DNA of 64,000 bases from contig NC_068983.1 in NCBI RefSeq assembly GCF_001194135.2, positions 166,090,510 to 166,154,509 on the forward strand. The letters are read 5' to 3'. Position 1 is the stretch's first letter. Each line of letters starts with the position of its first letter. Positions 1 to 10,360 of this stretch are shown one piece after another. This DNA is from Octopus bimaculoides. Taxonomy: Eukaryota. A program made the translations under genes and the position numbers. The notes below the pieces were generated by a model. It was given only the letters and a program-made list of their open reading frames with translations. It made no database searches and was not told where the DNA came from.

Positions 1-364
1 CATCATCATCATCATCGAGAGGGAAAATAACTGTGTTCAGTGATGTCACTCTTAGAAATTGGAAGCATTTTTCTAATGAATATAAACTTAAAGCAACATG
101 GCTATAAAGACAACATTTCCTTGTCAGTCACGCCAGCCTAATGGGAGTGAGTAACCTCACGTGTGATACGTATAGAGTTCCTGTCTCGTATACCTCTTCA
201 CTGTGGCTTGTACTAAGCACTACTCAGTGACTTCACGCATAATACATGTATAGTTTCTGTCTTGTCTACCTCCTTGCTGTGGTTTGTGTTAAGTACTACT
301 TAGTTAACTGTAGTCGTGACTAAGTTCACAGTGACTTGTGAGATTGTAAGTGTGAGTTACTTAC

Positions 365-427
365 AGCCTCATTTGAAAGCGTACATCCATCAGTGCATGT
401 GTTGTTTTGCAGACTTCCTTTTTATAG
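365..427 (-). CDS. Candidate 63-nt exon
   Basis: TACTAATTAAGTCTCAG| acceptor (weak pyrimidine tract) and GCT|GTAAGT donor. Only one open frame, YKKEVCKTTHALMDVRFQMR (phase 2-2). Confidence 0.35.
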
Positions 428-769
428 CTGAGACTTAATTAGTAACAATGATCAAATTCATTGCCACTCTGCTAGGCCTACTGCACACTGTTCCAGGTAA
501 AACAGTCTTAGATAAGACAATCAATCAGCATCCAAAACCATGTTCTTGGAATCTTGGTCACGACTTTAGCAATTGTCATTGTTTTGATTGAAAACCGTCG
601 ATGTTTGACATTATTTCTATATTAATTGGGTAATGATAGATAATAGTACTAATTACAGAAAAGAATACTACAAATCTAGATGATATTTATTCTCGAATGG
701 TAGTGACAATTGCCAAATTCAAGACCAAGAATATGGTTTTGGGTGCAGGTTTATTGTATCTTGCCTGAA

Positions 770-1349
770 ATCTTTTTTCTGGGTCAGTGTGCGGCCGGCC
801 TTACTAATTCATTATTATCCTTTTATTTGTTATCGGTATTCCAGAATAAAACCAATTTTCAACCCATAAGTATGTTAAAGGAATTGAAATGAACGATGAA
901 GAATGGGAATTACAATATTTTTTAGTGAATAGTGGGGGCAAAATGTCTTGTTTGCTTTGTGATACTGCAATTGTAACAGTTAAAAAATTCAAAACCTGAT
1001 ATCAAAATGCTTTCTCAAAGAAATCATTAAATTGAATAAAGAGTAAATACATGCGTAAAGGAAATATTTCAAAATTTCATATTCTCGGTGTTTATAAGCT
1101 TGACTTTTGTAAAAAGATTATTATTCATTTACTTATGAAAAAAAAGTTCCTACTTAAGTAAAATATTTGAAAATGTCATATTTCCAATTTTCATTCACCT
1201 GTCTTTTTTTTTTATGAGATTACTATCAAATTACTTAACAGCCCAAGCCTAGGGATAAAATGACAAAAAAAATATTTGTTCAATGCGGCCTCTATGAGGG
1301 GCAATGAATTGTAAAGTGGCCTTCATGAACAAAAAGGTTCCCCACCCCT
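770..1349 (+). mobile_element. hAT (Charlie/SPIN/GTF2IRD2-like) transposon remnant
   Basis: About 889-990 reads MNDEEWELQYFLVNSGGKMSCLLCDTAIVTVKKFK, like the N-terminus of GTF2IRD2-type transposases. Right end AAAAAGGTTCCCACCCCTG is a Charlie-type TIR with subterminal GCGGCC/GTGGCC. Left TIR not found. Confidence 0.6.
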
Positions 1350-2249
1350 GTCTTAGACCATATTTCTGTCCACATAAAATATTAAAAAAAGGGGTTCTTT
1401 TATAAAAACTCCTTCACCAACATGCAACAGCCATTCGCCCANNNNNNNNNNCCCTTATCTACCTGCAATCCCTCTTCTTTATTATATCACTACTGTGTCT
1501 CACCTCGCAAAAACTATGCCTAATCAATCTGTTCCAGGACTACAGTTCTCTAGAATTCTCACACCTGTCCCCTTCCTTTTTCTTAAGGACATAAATCTAT
1601 ATGAAGTTTAAACTAAATGTTGATATCACCAAAACAAATTCTTGATACATCACACCTAAATCTTGAACAAAACATGGTTAATACTGTGCTTTCTTATATC
1701 GAAATTACTTGGAAACATTTACAAAATTTTAAATGTGATCTCTATGTGAATGCTTGGATACACAATTTGCTTTTTCTGGCATTTGTTCAGCTACTAATAT
1801 CAACTTTTAGCAGAACAAACCATGGCAAATAAATAAAAAAAATTAATGACAAAATCCAAGATACATCAATAGTGAAAAACTGAACCTTTCAACGAAAGCC
1901 CTAAATATCTGCCAGTCTGCTTATTGCCAAAAAAAATATTATTTTAAAATATCTAAGATTATGTTATGTCCATGAAGTGCTTATATCAAAGATTCCCTTG
2001 ATTAAAATTATAATCACAGGAAACAGAACAACAAAATCTGAAGATATTTAGAGAGAAAAGAATCAAATGAAATATGGAAGTGTTTTATTTTTTCATGTCA
2101 AACTAGGGTACCAGTTAATTGCATACACTGAGTTTTATTACAACTCAGAAAGCTTTCTGTAATAGCAGTAAATGTATCATTCCATGATTGCTATAGATCA
2201 GAGAAGGCAAGAAGGCAAGTTTCATTTAAGCATGCGACTGGTGAATAAA

Positions 2250-2290
2250 CGTCATTGATAAGGCCTAAAATGGCTGAAACATGTCTCGTG
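2250..2290 (+). ncRNA. Degenerate minimal hammerhead ribozyme motif
   Basis: TTGATAA (CUGAUGA with 2 changes), helix II GGCC-TAAAAT-GGCT, GAAAC, palindromic ACATGT and a GTC cleavage triplet. Helix I only partial. Confidence 0.4.
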
Positions 2291-2989
2291 TTCCTGTGAG
2301 ATACTGCTGGGATGATGGTTGCCTTGCTCTGATATATTGTGCTTTCTGCACAACATGCCTATGAAGAGATATTTCTCTCAGACCAAAATCACAGAAAATA
2401 AGGCAATAAGTGCCAATATGATATTATTATCCATTTAACTCACCAAAACTGTGCCTAAGGTTCAATAAAAAAAATTATTCTGAAAAGTGAGTCACTTCCA
2501 TTATATAAGTGATGCATTAGCTAATTCAAACAAAAAAATAAAATTATAAAAAAAATTAATGAAGTGACACTTGACTGAATAAAAAAAAAAGAAACTTTAA
2601 TTAATGTCAATAATGTTGTAATTTATTCAAATTAGAACAAATTCATATTGTCAGTTAATTGTGAGAATGTCGTAACAGAAAAATCATCAGGCCTTATAGA
2701 AGATCTTTTTTTTTTTTTTACAAATGGTAATCAGCAGAACTGGAACAGAAGGTATAATGCCAGAGGCCATCTTGATAGTTGTGTCAGATGAACCTAGTGT
2801 GAATGTATTTAGCACAGTTATAGGACCATCTGAGCAATGGGAGTTAATCTAAGTAGAATATTAACCAGGGTGGTTATGTAGTTAAGAAAGTCACTTCAGA
2901 ACCAGGTGGTTCTGGATAGAGTGCCACTAGGCAGTGCCTTGAACAAATGTCTTCTAACATAGCCCTAGGCCAACCAGACTAATGGAAAT

Positions 2990-4130
2990 TTGAACATACT
3001 GTGCCTGCAAGCATTGACAATACTCTTTCAAAGTCCATCCCTAATTCTTTCCTTCTTAATAATCTCTCTTCTTTTATTTTTAACTCCTGCATGCTTCTCT
3101 CTGCCCCCCCCCCCACTACACAGTCCACTAACTGTCTACTTCTAATATGTGGAGGTTTTACCAAAAACCCTACATCAGGTAGTCAGGAATTTCCTTACAT
3201 TCTTTAACGAGTAATTCAGAATCATTCTCTCTATAAATCTAAAACCTCAATGTCTTCCATGACCTTCTCAGAACTTTCATAATCTAACCAATGTCAAAAC
3301 TGTGTCAAAGAGTCAAGACACATTTTAGCATTCACATTCTTTATTTCCTAAGAATGGACTACAAAAAGACTATGGTTGCCACACCTGGAACGATGTATCT
3401 TTCACTTACTGGAATTGGATAAGAATGTTATTTGCTGCATTGATAAAAAAAATATTCTATCTTATTAGTTTGATCTTTACCATTACTACAAGAAACTAGC
3501 CTTCTGAACTTATTGGCTGAATTCCATCCTCTTCAAACCTTCCTGACATACCTCGTATCTTTTACTTTTTGCTGCCTAAGCTGAGTCTCTCTCTTTAACA
3601 CCCACAACAAACGTTTTATTCAACAGTTGGTTATTCAGAAGAATTAGTTTACTGTAATATTTGCATCGAGCAAATTCCTAACAAACATCAACTTCCTACA
3701 TAAATCTTGTTTATGTCTAAGTCTAATGACAGACTTTACTTCACTCTGCTTCATGGCTAATATACTTCCTACTCATCTCTCTCTCATATNNNNNNNNNNN
3801 NNNNNNNNNNNNNNNNNNNNNNNNNNNNNNNNNNNNNNNNNNNNNNNNNNNNNNNNNNNNNNNNNNNNNNNNNNNNNNNNNNNNNNNNNNNNNNNNNNNN
3901 NNNNNNNNNNNNNTATATATCACCTTCAATTACTACAGAGTCATCTCTATCTCACCATTTCTCTTCATATTCTTATGAAAATTTCCCCTCTGCTTGCACC
4001 CGTTACCCATTCACCCAGTTCAGTACTCTGTATCACTTCACCTGTATTCACTCCACCCACTATACATTGAGGGTATGTCCTGATACACATCCACCAGCAT
4101 CTCCTTAACTCTCACCTTCTCTTTCTCTCC
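2990..4130 (+). mobile_element. Highly degenerate Penelope-like reverse-transcriptase remnant
   Basis: Fragmentary peptide resemblances: DKNVICCIDKK (cf. IIKPADKG), PRIF..LPKL (cf. FYxLPKIHK), MTDFTSL (cf. TxDVTSLYT). Lies between hammerhead motifs. Contains an N gap. Confidence 0.3.
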
Positions 4131-4602
4131 CTTTTTTCTCCAAATGGAGCATCCTTCTATCTCTCCTACAGCAGGGCACCTATCTCTATCCTTTTATTAT
4201 TCTTTTAACCTTTCATCAACTATCACAAAGCCTGCTCCCTCAATGCTATTCCCCATCATTCGAGGGGGTTTTGCTATGTCTTGCAAGTTACTGGTTGATC
4301 CCATTGGTGTGGGGACCATGATAAAAGAACCCAGTACACTCTGTAAAATGGGTGACATTAAGAAGGACATCCAGCCATAGAAACCATGCCAAAAACAGAC
4401 AACAGAGCCTGGCACAGCCCTCTGGTTTGCCAGCTATGGTCAAAACGTCCAACCTATGGCACCATGGAAAACGGATGTTTAATGGTGATATCACACACAC
4501 ACACAGGAGTATACAGGTGGAAAACAAAGGGGAGAAAATAGTACTCAAATATCAAAGGTAGGGTAAAATTTTGTTTTTATTGAAGCTGAAAAAAACTTCA
4601 CT

Positions 4603-4640
4603 AAGTGTTACTCAGAGTTTCACATATCTGTCAGGCACTC
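4603..4640 (-). ncRNA. Degenerate minimal hammerhead motif (left copy of inverted pair)
   Basis: Minus strand GAGTGC-CTGACAG-ATATGT-GAAAC-TCTGA-GTA-ACACTT. Helix I gives 5 of 6 pairs and helix III is ACTC/GAGT. Helix II loop deleted and core altered. Confidence 0.5.
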
Positions 4641-4823
4641 ATGAGTATTTGGAATAATACAATGACTTATAAGTAATTCATAAGGGTCCATCATGATCAG
4701 TCAATTGCCTTTTTATCCAACTGCATCCTCTTATTTTAGAAGGTGGTTGTCTAATCAGCTTCAAATGTTTCTGCAATGAGTTGGTAACCATGAACAGATT
4801 ATTATGTCCTTCTGAATACTCAC

Positions 4824-4863
4824 GACTGCCTGACAAATGGTTACATGAAACTAAGTCACAGTT
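4824..4863 (+). ncRNA. Minimal type-I hammerhead motif (right copy of inverted pair)
   Basis: GACTGC-CTGACAA-ATG GTTA CAT-GAAAC-TAA-GTC-ACAGTT. Helix I 5 of 6 pairs, helix II 3 bp plus 4-nt loop, GUC site. G8 changed to A. Confidence 0.6.
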
Positions 4864-5004
4864 TGTGAAGTTGTTTTCAGGTTTCTAGCTTCAATAAAAT
4901 ACTACATACACAAATGAGTGGACAAATGAAAGCAAATAGCATTCAACACATTTAATAGGAGTTACATTATCATTTAAAACAGTTTTATTTGGCACTATGC
5001 AATG

Positions 5005-5076
5005 TCTTACAGAAACCCAGCTCACTTAGACTCACTTTATCAAATCTGAGCCTGAGCAAGCTGGGTTTCTGTAAGA
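5005..5076. other. 72-nt hairpin with 18-bp perfect stem extending to about 30 bp
   Basis: TCTTACAGAAACCCAGCT (5005-5022) is the exact reverse complement of 5059-5076. Twelve further positions mostly pair, leaving a 12-nt loop. Confidence 0.8.
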
Positions 5077-5279
5077 AACCTGAGAATCACTGGGTTGCAT
5101 GGAACCAAATCAAACTGTTTTAAATAATATACATATATATATCCCAAAAAGCATGGCTATGTAGTTGAGAAGTTTGTTTTCCAGTCACTGTGAAACACCT
5201 TGAGCAAGTGCCTCCTATTATAACCCTTTGTAAATGAATTTGGAAGACAGAAACTGAAAGAACCTATTTTATATATGCT

Positions 5280-5315
<36 letters not shown>

Positions 5316-7077
5316 AGAGTATTTTCCTTTTTTTTTTACATTTATTCCACAAAAACTGATTGGTGCAGTTTTCACTTCCCCTGTTATAAGTTTGAAGACC
5401 CACGAAATAAGAGATCCCTTACTTGAAAAACAGGTCAGGATTAGAGACAGGAAGGGTGTTTGGCTGTGAAATAATGTCTCGATAGCATATTCATCTCACC
5501 TCTGCTAGTATAGTAAAACAGACACAAACAAAGGAACCACTGAGATATACTAAATGTGAGATGGAAAATTGATTAATCTAGCAATACTTTGAGCAGCTGA
5601 ACGAGATCACACCAACTGACTCACTGGCATAAGGAAATTGAGAAATGAAAGCTTCAGGTAAAGTAATTATTATAGTTGTTATTACAAGTATAATCTCTCC
5701 AATGATGTAACAGCGAAACCTGTACTCAACCAAATAAATTGCACCAAATGGAGTCATGTGCCTGTACAAGAAGTGTGACTCCACAGTCGTGTGGACAGTA
5801 ATGCATAACCTTTAATTTCATAGCTATTGTGACTCTAACAGTTCTTTTGTTGAGACAAAACTTTTCTTGAATTATGAAGCAAGTGTAAAATAATTAACAG
5901 TTTAACTAGATATCAGATGACTTAGAGGAATTTGAAAAGGTAGAATAATCAGCAACCGTTAATCCAGTTTTGAAAATGTGCCACTGGCAACTGAACAGTA
6001 ATACAACAAGTGATTCCGAAGAACATGGACTAATTAATATTCCACACAGGTGCTAGTTTCAGATGGAAAATGTACTAATTCACAGACAGCAAATATAGAA
6101 TATTTCTTGAACAAAGACATTGTCTTAAGGACAATAACCATTAAAAGAACATAATTCAACAATCTTTAATGTTAAGAAGGGCCCTAATACATGCTGATTG
6201 TCTTTAATTTGCAAAGTTCTTTACTGGCAATAGTAAGCTTTATTCAGACATGTTCTCATTGTAAAAACCTAACTTCTGTTCAGGAACGTAGTCAAAGAGG
6301 AACATGAATAAAATTCTAACCAAAGATACAGCAGTTTGGTACAGGAAAAAAAAATATATATTGAGAGAAAGGCGTAGGGTGGAGTGGCAGATATAAGAAC
6401 AAGTTTGTATTTTCTGAGTCTAGAATTGTAAAAATGTACTTTGTGTAGATATCATGTGAAGAAAAATGCAAAAAGCTTCTCCAAATGCAAAAAGCTCAAT
6501 GACAAAAGTTAGTGAAATCTTGTTTTCAAGAAGATTTCAAAGCAAAAATGCAACAAAATATAGAAATATCTTATTTAATGATTTATTCTCATAAATATCC
6601 ATAACCAAAGTTTAGTTTCTTGATTCATTGTTTCAGAAATTACACACACACACACACACACACACACAAAACATTAAAAGTAGGGGTTATAGGGAGATGT
6701 AGAATTTTTATCCATCATGAAATTTATCAAAAAGAAGTTCTAACAACTGAAAATTTGCACTTTAGATGTCCAACCCAATAATCAATATCATCATCATCAT
6801 TGTTTCAATGTCCACTTTTCCATGCTTGCATGGGTCAGACAGAATCAATGGAAGCAGATTTGCAATAGACAGACACCCTTCCTGTTGCTAACCCATTCCT
6901 GTTTAAAAGCAAGATAATATTTCCCCATGACTGGACAGGTTTTCACAGAAGACTGCAATTGAAGGACTGCTTGTATGATGATAAAGCTTGTTCTACGACT
7001 CCTGTGTAAAGCCACAACAAGGGGTCACCCCCTACTCCATTCACACACACACACACACACTCTCTCTCTCTCTTTTA

Positions 7078-7396
7078 TACAAAGTGGTGAGAAAGGATCT
7101 TCAGATGCTGGGCCTCACTGAGAAAATGACAAGGGACCAGGGATTGTGGCAATTTGCTGTACTTGAGAAAATGTGTCAAGCTAAGTAAAATCGCTGTCCT
7201 CCAGACATAGAGGCACGTAAAAAGCAGCCAGTGGAGCACTCTGTAAAGTGGTTGGTGTTAAGAAGGATATCCGGCCATAGAAACCATGCCAAAACACAGA
7301 CAGTTGGAGTCTGGACAGCTCCCTAGCTGGCCAGCTCCATGTCAAAACTTACAACCCATGCCAGCATGGAAAATGGATGTATGATGATGATGATGA
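7078..7396 (+). mobile_element. RTE-clade LINE 3' end
   Basis: ORF end VVRKDLQMLGLTEKMTRDQGLWQFAVLEK*, followed by the AAGGxxATCCxGCC..CCAxCCCATGCCAGCATGGAAA tail and (GAT)n shared with many copies in the window. Confidence 0.75.
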
Positions 7397-7424
7397 GATA
7401 TAACGTAGTTCTCATGGAGATTCA

Positions 7425-7612
7425 GCATAAAACTGTGACAAGGCTGACTCCTGTGAATTACAGGTACAACTCATTTTTACCAGCTGAGTAAATTGGGGCA
7501 ATATGAAATAAAGTGTCTTGCTCAAGAACACAATGCATCACCAGAAATTGAACTCACGACCTTATGAGCGTGAGCCAAATACCCTTAACCACTAAGCCAT
7601 GTTATCTTCACT
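7425..7612 (-). mobile_element. tRNA-derived SINE (third family)
   Basis: Minus strand TGGCTTAGTGG (A box) and GAGTTCAATTTC (B-box-like). Related partial copies near 57170-57270 and 58310-58500. Confidence 0.6.
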
Positions 7613-7642
7613 CTACAAACAAACACAAACAATTTATTTGTT

Positions 7643-8008
7643 TATTTGTTTCAGTCATGTGACTGCGGCCATGTTGGAGCACCACCTTTAATCAAACAAA
7701 TCAACCCCAAAACTTATTCTTTGTAAGCCTAGTACTTATTTTATCAGTCTCTTGTGCTAAACCACTAAGTTATGGGGACGTAAACACACCAGCATCAGTT
7801 GTCAAGTGATGATGGGGAAACAGACACAGAAACATACACACACACACATATATATGACAGGCTTCTTTCAGTTTCCATCTACTAAATCCACTCACAAAGC
7901 TTCAGTCCAGGGTCATAGTAGAAGACACTTGCCCAAGGCACCACCACACAGTGGTAGTGAACCTGTAATCATATGGTTAGAAGCAAATTTCTTACCACAT
8001 AGCCACAT
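7643..8008 (-). mobile_element. tRNA-derived SINE, family B
   Basis: Co-linear with the 36173-36562 copy (GAAACTGAAAGAAGCC core, internal microsatellite, GCATGGCCGCAGTCA end). Confidence 0.75.
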
Positions 8009-8339
8009 ATGTGTTAACAATCTATAAATATTATCATAGAAATCCTGGCAAAATTTTTTTTCATATATTATTGCTCATTTCATGAATAAAATATCTATTA
8101 TGGAATTAATTATGAAATACAAATTTTAAAATAATTAACACTGACAAATAAGCTTGATTTATTTTAAAGAGTGATTAAAAGGTGAAAATGAAGAGACACA
8201 TGTCACCTTTTAATTAATAATTTTAAGAGCGATTGTTTTACATTGTATGACTAACGTAAGTATGTATGACGAATAAAAATAATTTCTAACGAGTATCTAT
8301 TGAATTACAAGCTTGACGAGGTAAGTGTTTAAATAAATA

Positions 8340-8640
8340 TGAGAGCTGAGATCCCCTTGCAGAGAGAATAGACGAGATGAAATGGAGAAGAAGGCAAGTG
8401 TCTTACAGGAAACTAGAAGCTAAATATGATGTAAGATGATCCAAGACAGAAGCTGTTGTTGATAGTATTTAAGAATGAAGCCCTGTTCTACAGCAAGCAA
8501 TTGAAAAGGGAACCGAAGAGAAACAACACAAACATTCTTAAGTCTCGCGGCAGGCATGGCAAGAATGAAACAAAGATTTTCATTTACCGAGACAGACTTA
8601 GAAATGTTCTTTTAACCTCATTAACAAAAAATATACATTC
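8340..8640 (+). mobile_element. Possible pogo/Tigger transposase N-terminal (psq-type HTH) remnant
   Basis: LAERIDEMK..VSYRKLEAKYDV..KT..I.KN pattern, broken by stops and frameshifts. Confidence 0.3.
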
Positions 8641-9976
8641 TGAATTAACAAGTAAACTTAAATATAAAATAAAATAGTTTAAATAACTTCATAAAAAAAG
8701 ACTATAATGAAGAGAAACGAAATGTTTAGAATAACTAAATAAATGATATTTATAACAAACAAAAAAAAAATCACAGATTATGATATAAAAAAAAATATTA
8801 AGAAACATAATAAAAAAAAACTTACAATACATCTCTTTAAATAATCAGGCATTTTAAAATTGATGGCAACAGTATTACCAACCAAGTGGCATGCGGGTGA
8901 TTTCTTACAGAGCATCTTCGGTGTGATGTTAAATCTTAGGCAGACTGTACATGAACTCAGTGTGTTGGAAGGTAGGTGGAAGGGTTTGGCAGTTAGCAAC
9001 AACACAGTAGCAACAGCAACAGAAACTTAAGAGAATATCTTCGAAAGTGCTTGTTTCACAGCACCTGAATCAGTAGCGTTTGCATCGTATGGAGCTGAAG
9101 AGATTCCACAACATATTCTTTTATTTGTTGTTAAGATCCACATGCACATTCCTTCACTTTTGCTTTCTAAGTTCTTTGTTTTTTGAGTGTCTACTAGCTT
9201 TTACACTGGAGGAAGGAACAGGAGGCGTTATAAAGATGCAAATGTATCAGCTGTAGGAAGGAATGACCTATTCTCACTATAGGGGAGGTAAGGAAGAGTT
9301 CACGCAAGTGAAGTGTACAGCCATCTCAGTGATAAGTGTTAGTAAACAACAACAACAACAATTTTAAGTGTGTGAACCAAAATTATTATCAACAACTCAA
9401 CAACATTTAATGTGGTCGTCACTGACTAATAGTTGCTAAAAGATGCAGTAGTTTTATATACAAAAAGACAGATTGAGAAATTATTGATAATATTTTTCTT
9501 CACAAGTTAAATTGCAATAACTCAAAAATAAAAATGATTTGAGTAGTTTATTAAAAAAAATTCTGTCTAAAAATAGTTTCTGGAAACTTTAAAAAATAAG
9601 TGTTCTAAAGACAGAGGAGAAAAATTCTAAAATAAAATTCTAATTTTATGAACAAGAACACCCAGCCAAAAACATCTGATTTATTAAAAATTTTATGATT
9701 AGAAAAATGGAAAATATATTTTTTAGTAAATAAAAGACATTTTCACTTATTCACATCAACAAAGATTATTTAAAACAAAAATCCATTTTCTAGGATTGGC
9801 TGATATAAATGTATATACAACAGTCCCAAGTAATGTCACACAAATTCTTTTGAATTAAGTTTCAGAGACAAGAAACACCTCCCCCACCCCACCTCACAAC
9901 TTTTTTGCAGTAGTTTCTAATATTGAAAACATCAAAGTATTATAACGTGTGTGTGTGTGTGTGCGTGTGTGTGTAG

Positions 9977-10360
9977 ACACAGGATGACTGTGTGGTTTAA
10001 AAGTTCCCTTTGAAACTACATGGTTCCAGTTTTAATCCTTGGGCAAGTGACTTCTACTATAGCCCTGGGACGACCAATACCTTGTGAGTAAATATGGTAG
10101 ATAGAAACTGTGTAGAAGTCTTGTTTGTTTGTTTATGTGTGTGTGTGCATGCGCACGCACATGGGTGTCTTTGTGTTTTCGCCACCCCACTGCTTGGCAA
10201 CTGGTGGTCGTTTGTTTATGTTCCTCAAAACTTAGCAGTTCATGGAAAGAGACTGATGGACTAAATACTAGACTTGGAAAAAAAAAAATCACAAACATAG
10301 GTGCGATTTGTTCAACTAAATCTTTTAAGGTGATGCCCTAGCATGGCCTCAGTCCAGAAA
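9977..10360 (+). mobile_element. SINE family B, diverged copy
   Basis: CTTGGGCAAGTGACTTCTACTATAGCC, GTAGATAGAAACTG, internal (GT)n and the family 3' end. Confidence 0.65.

Noticed and set aside
8890-9260. GC-richer block with two pyrimidine-rich minus-strand acceptors
   Set aside because: Phase-0 reading, needed after the 17430 exon, hits stops within 20 codons, and no recognisable peptide results.
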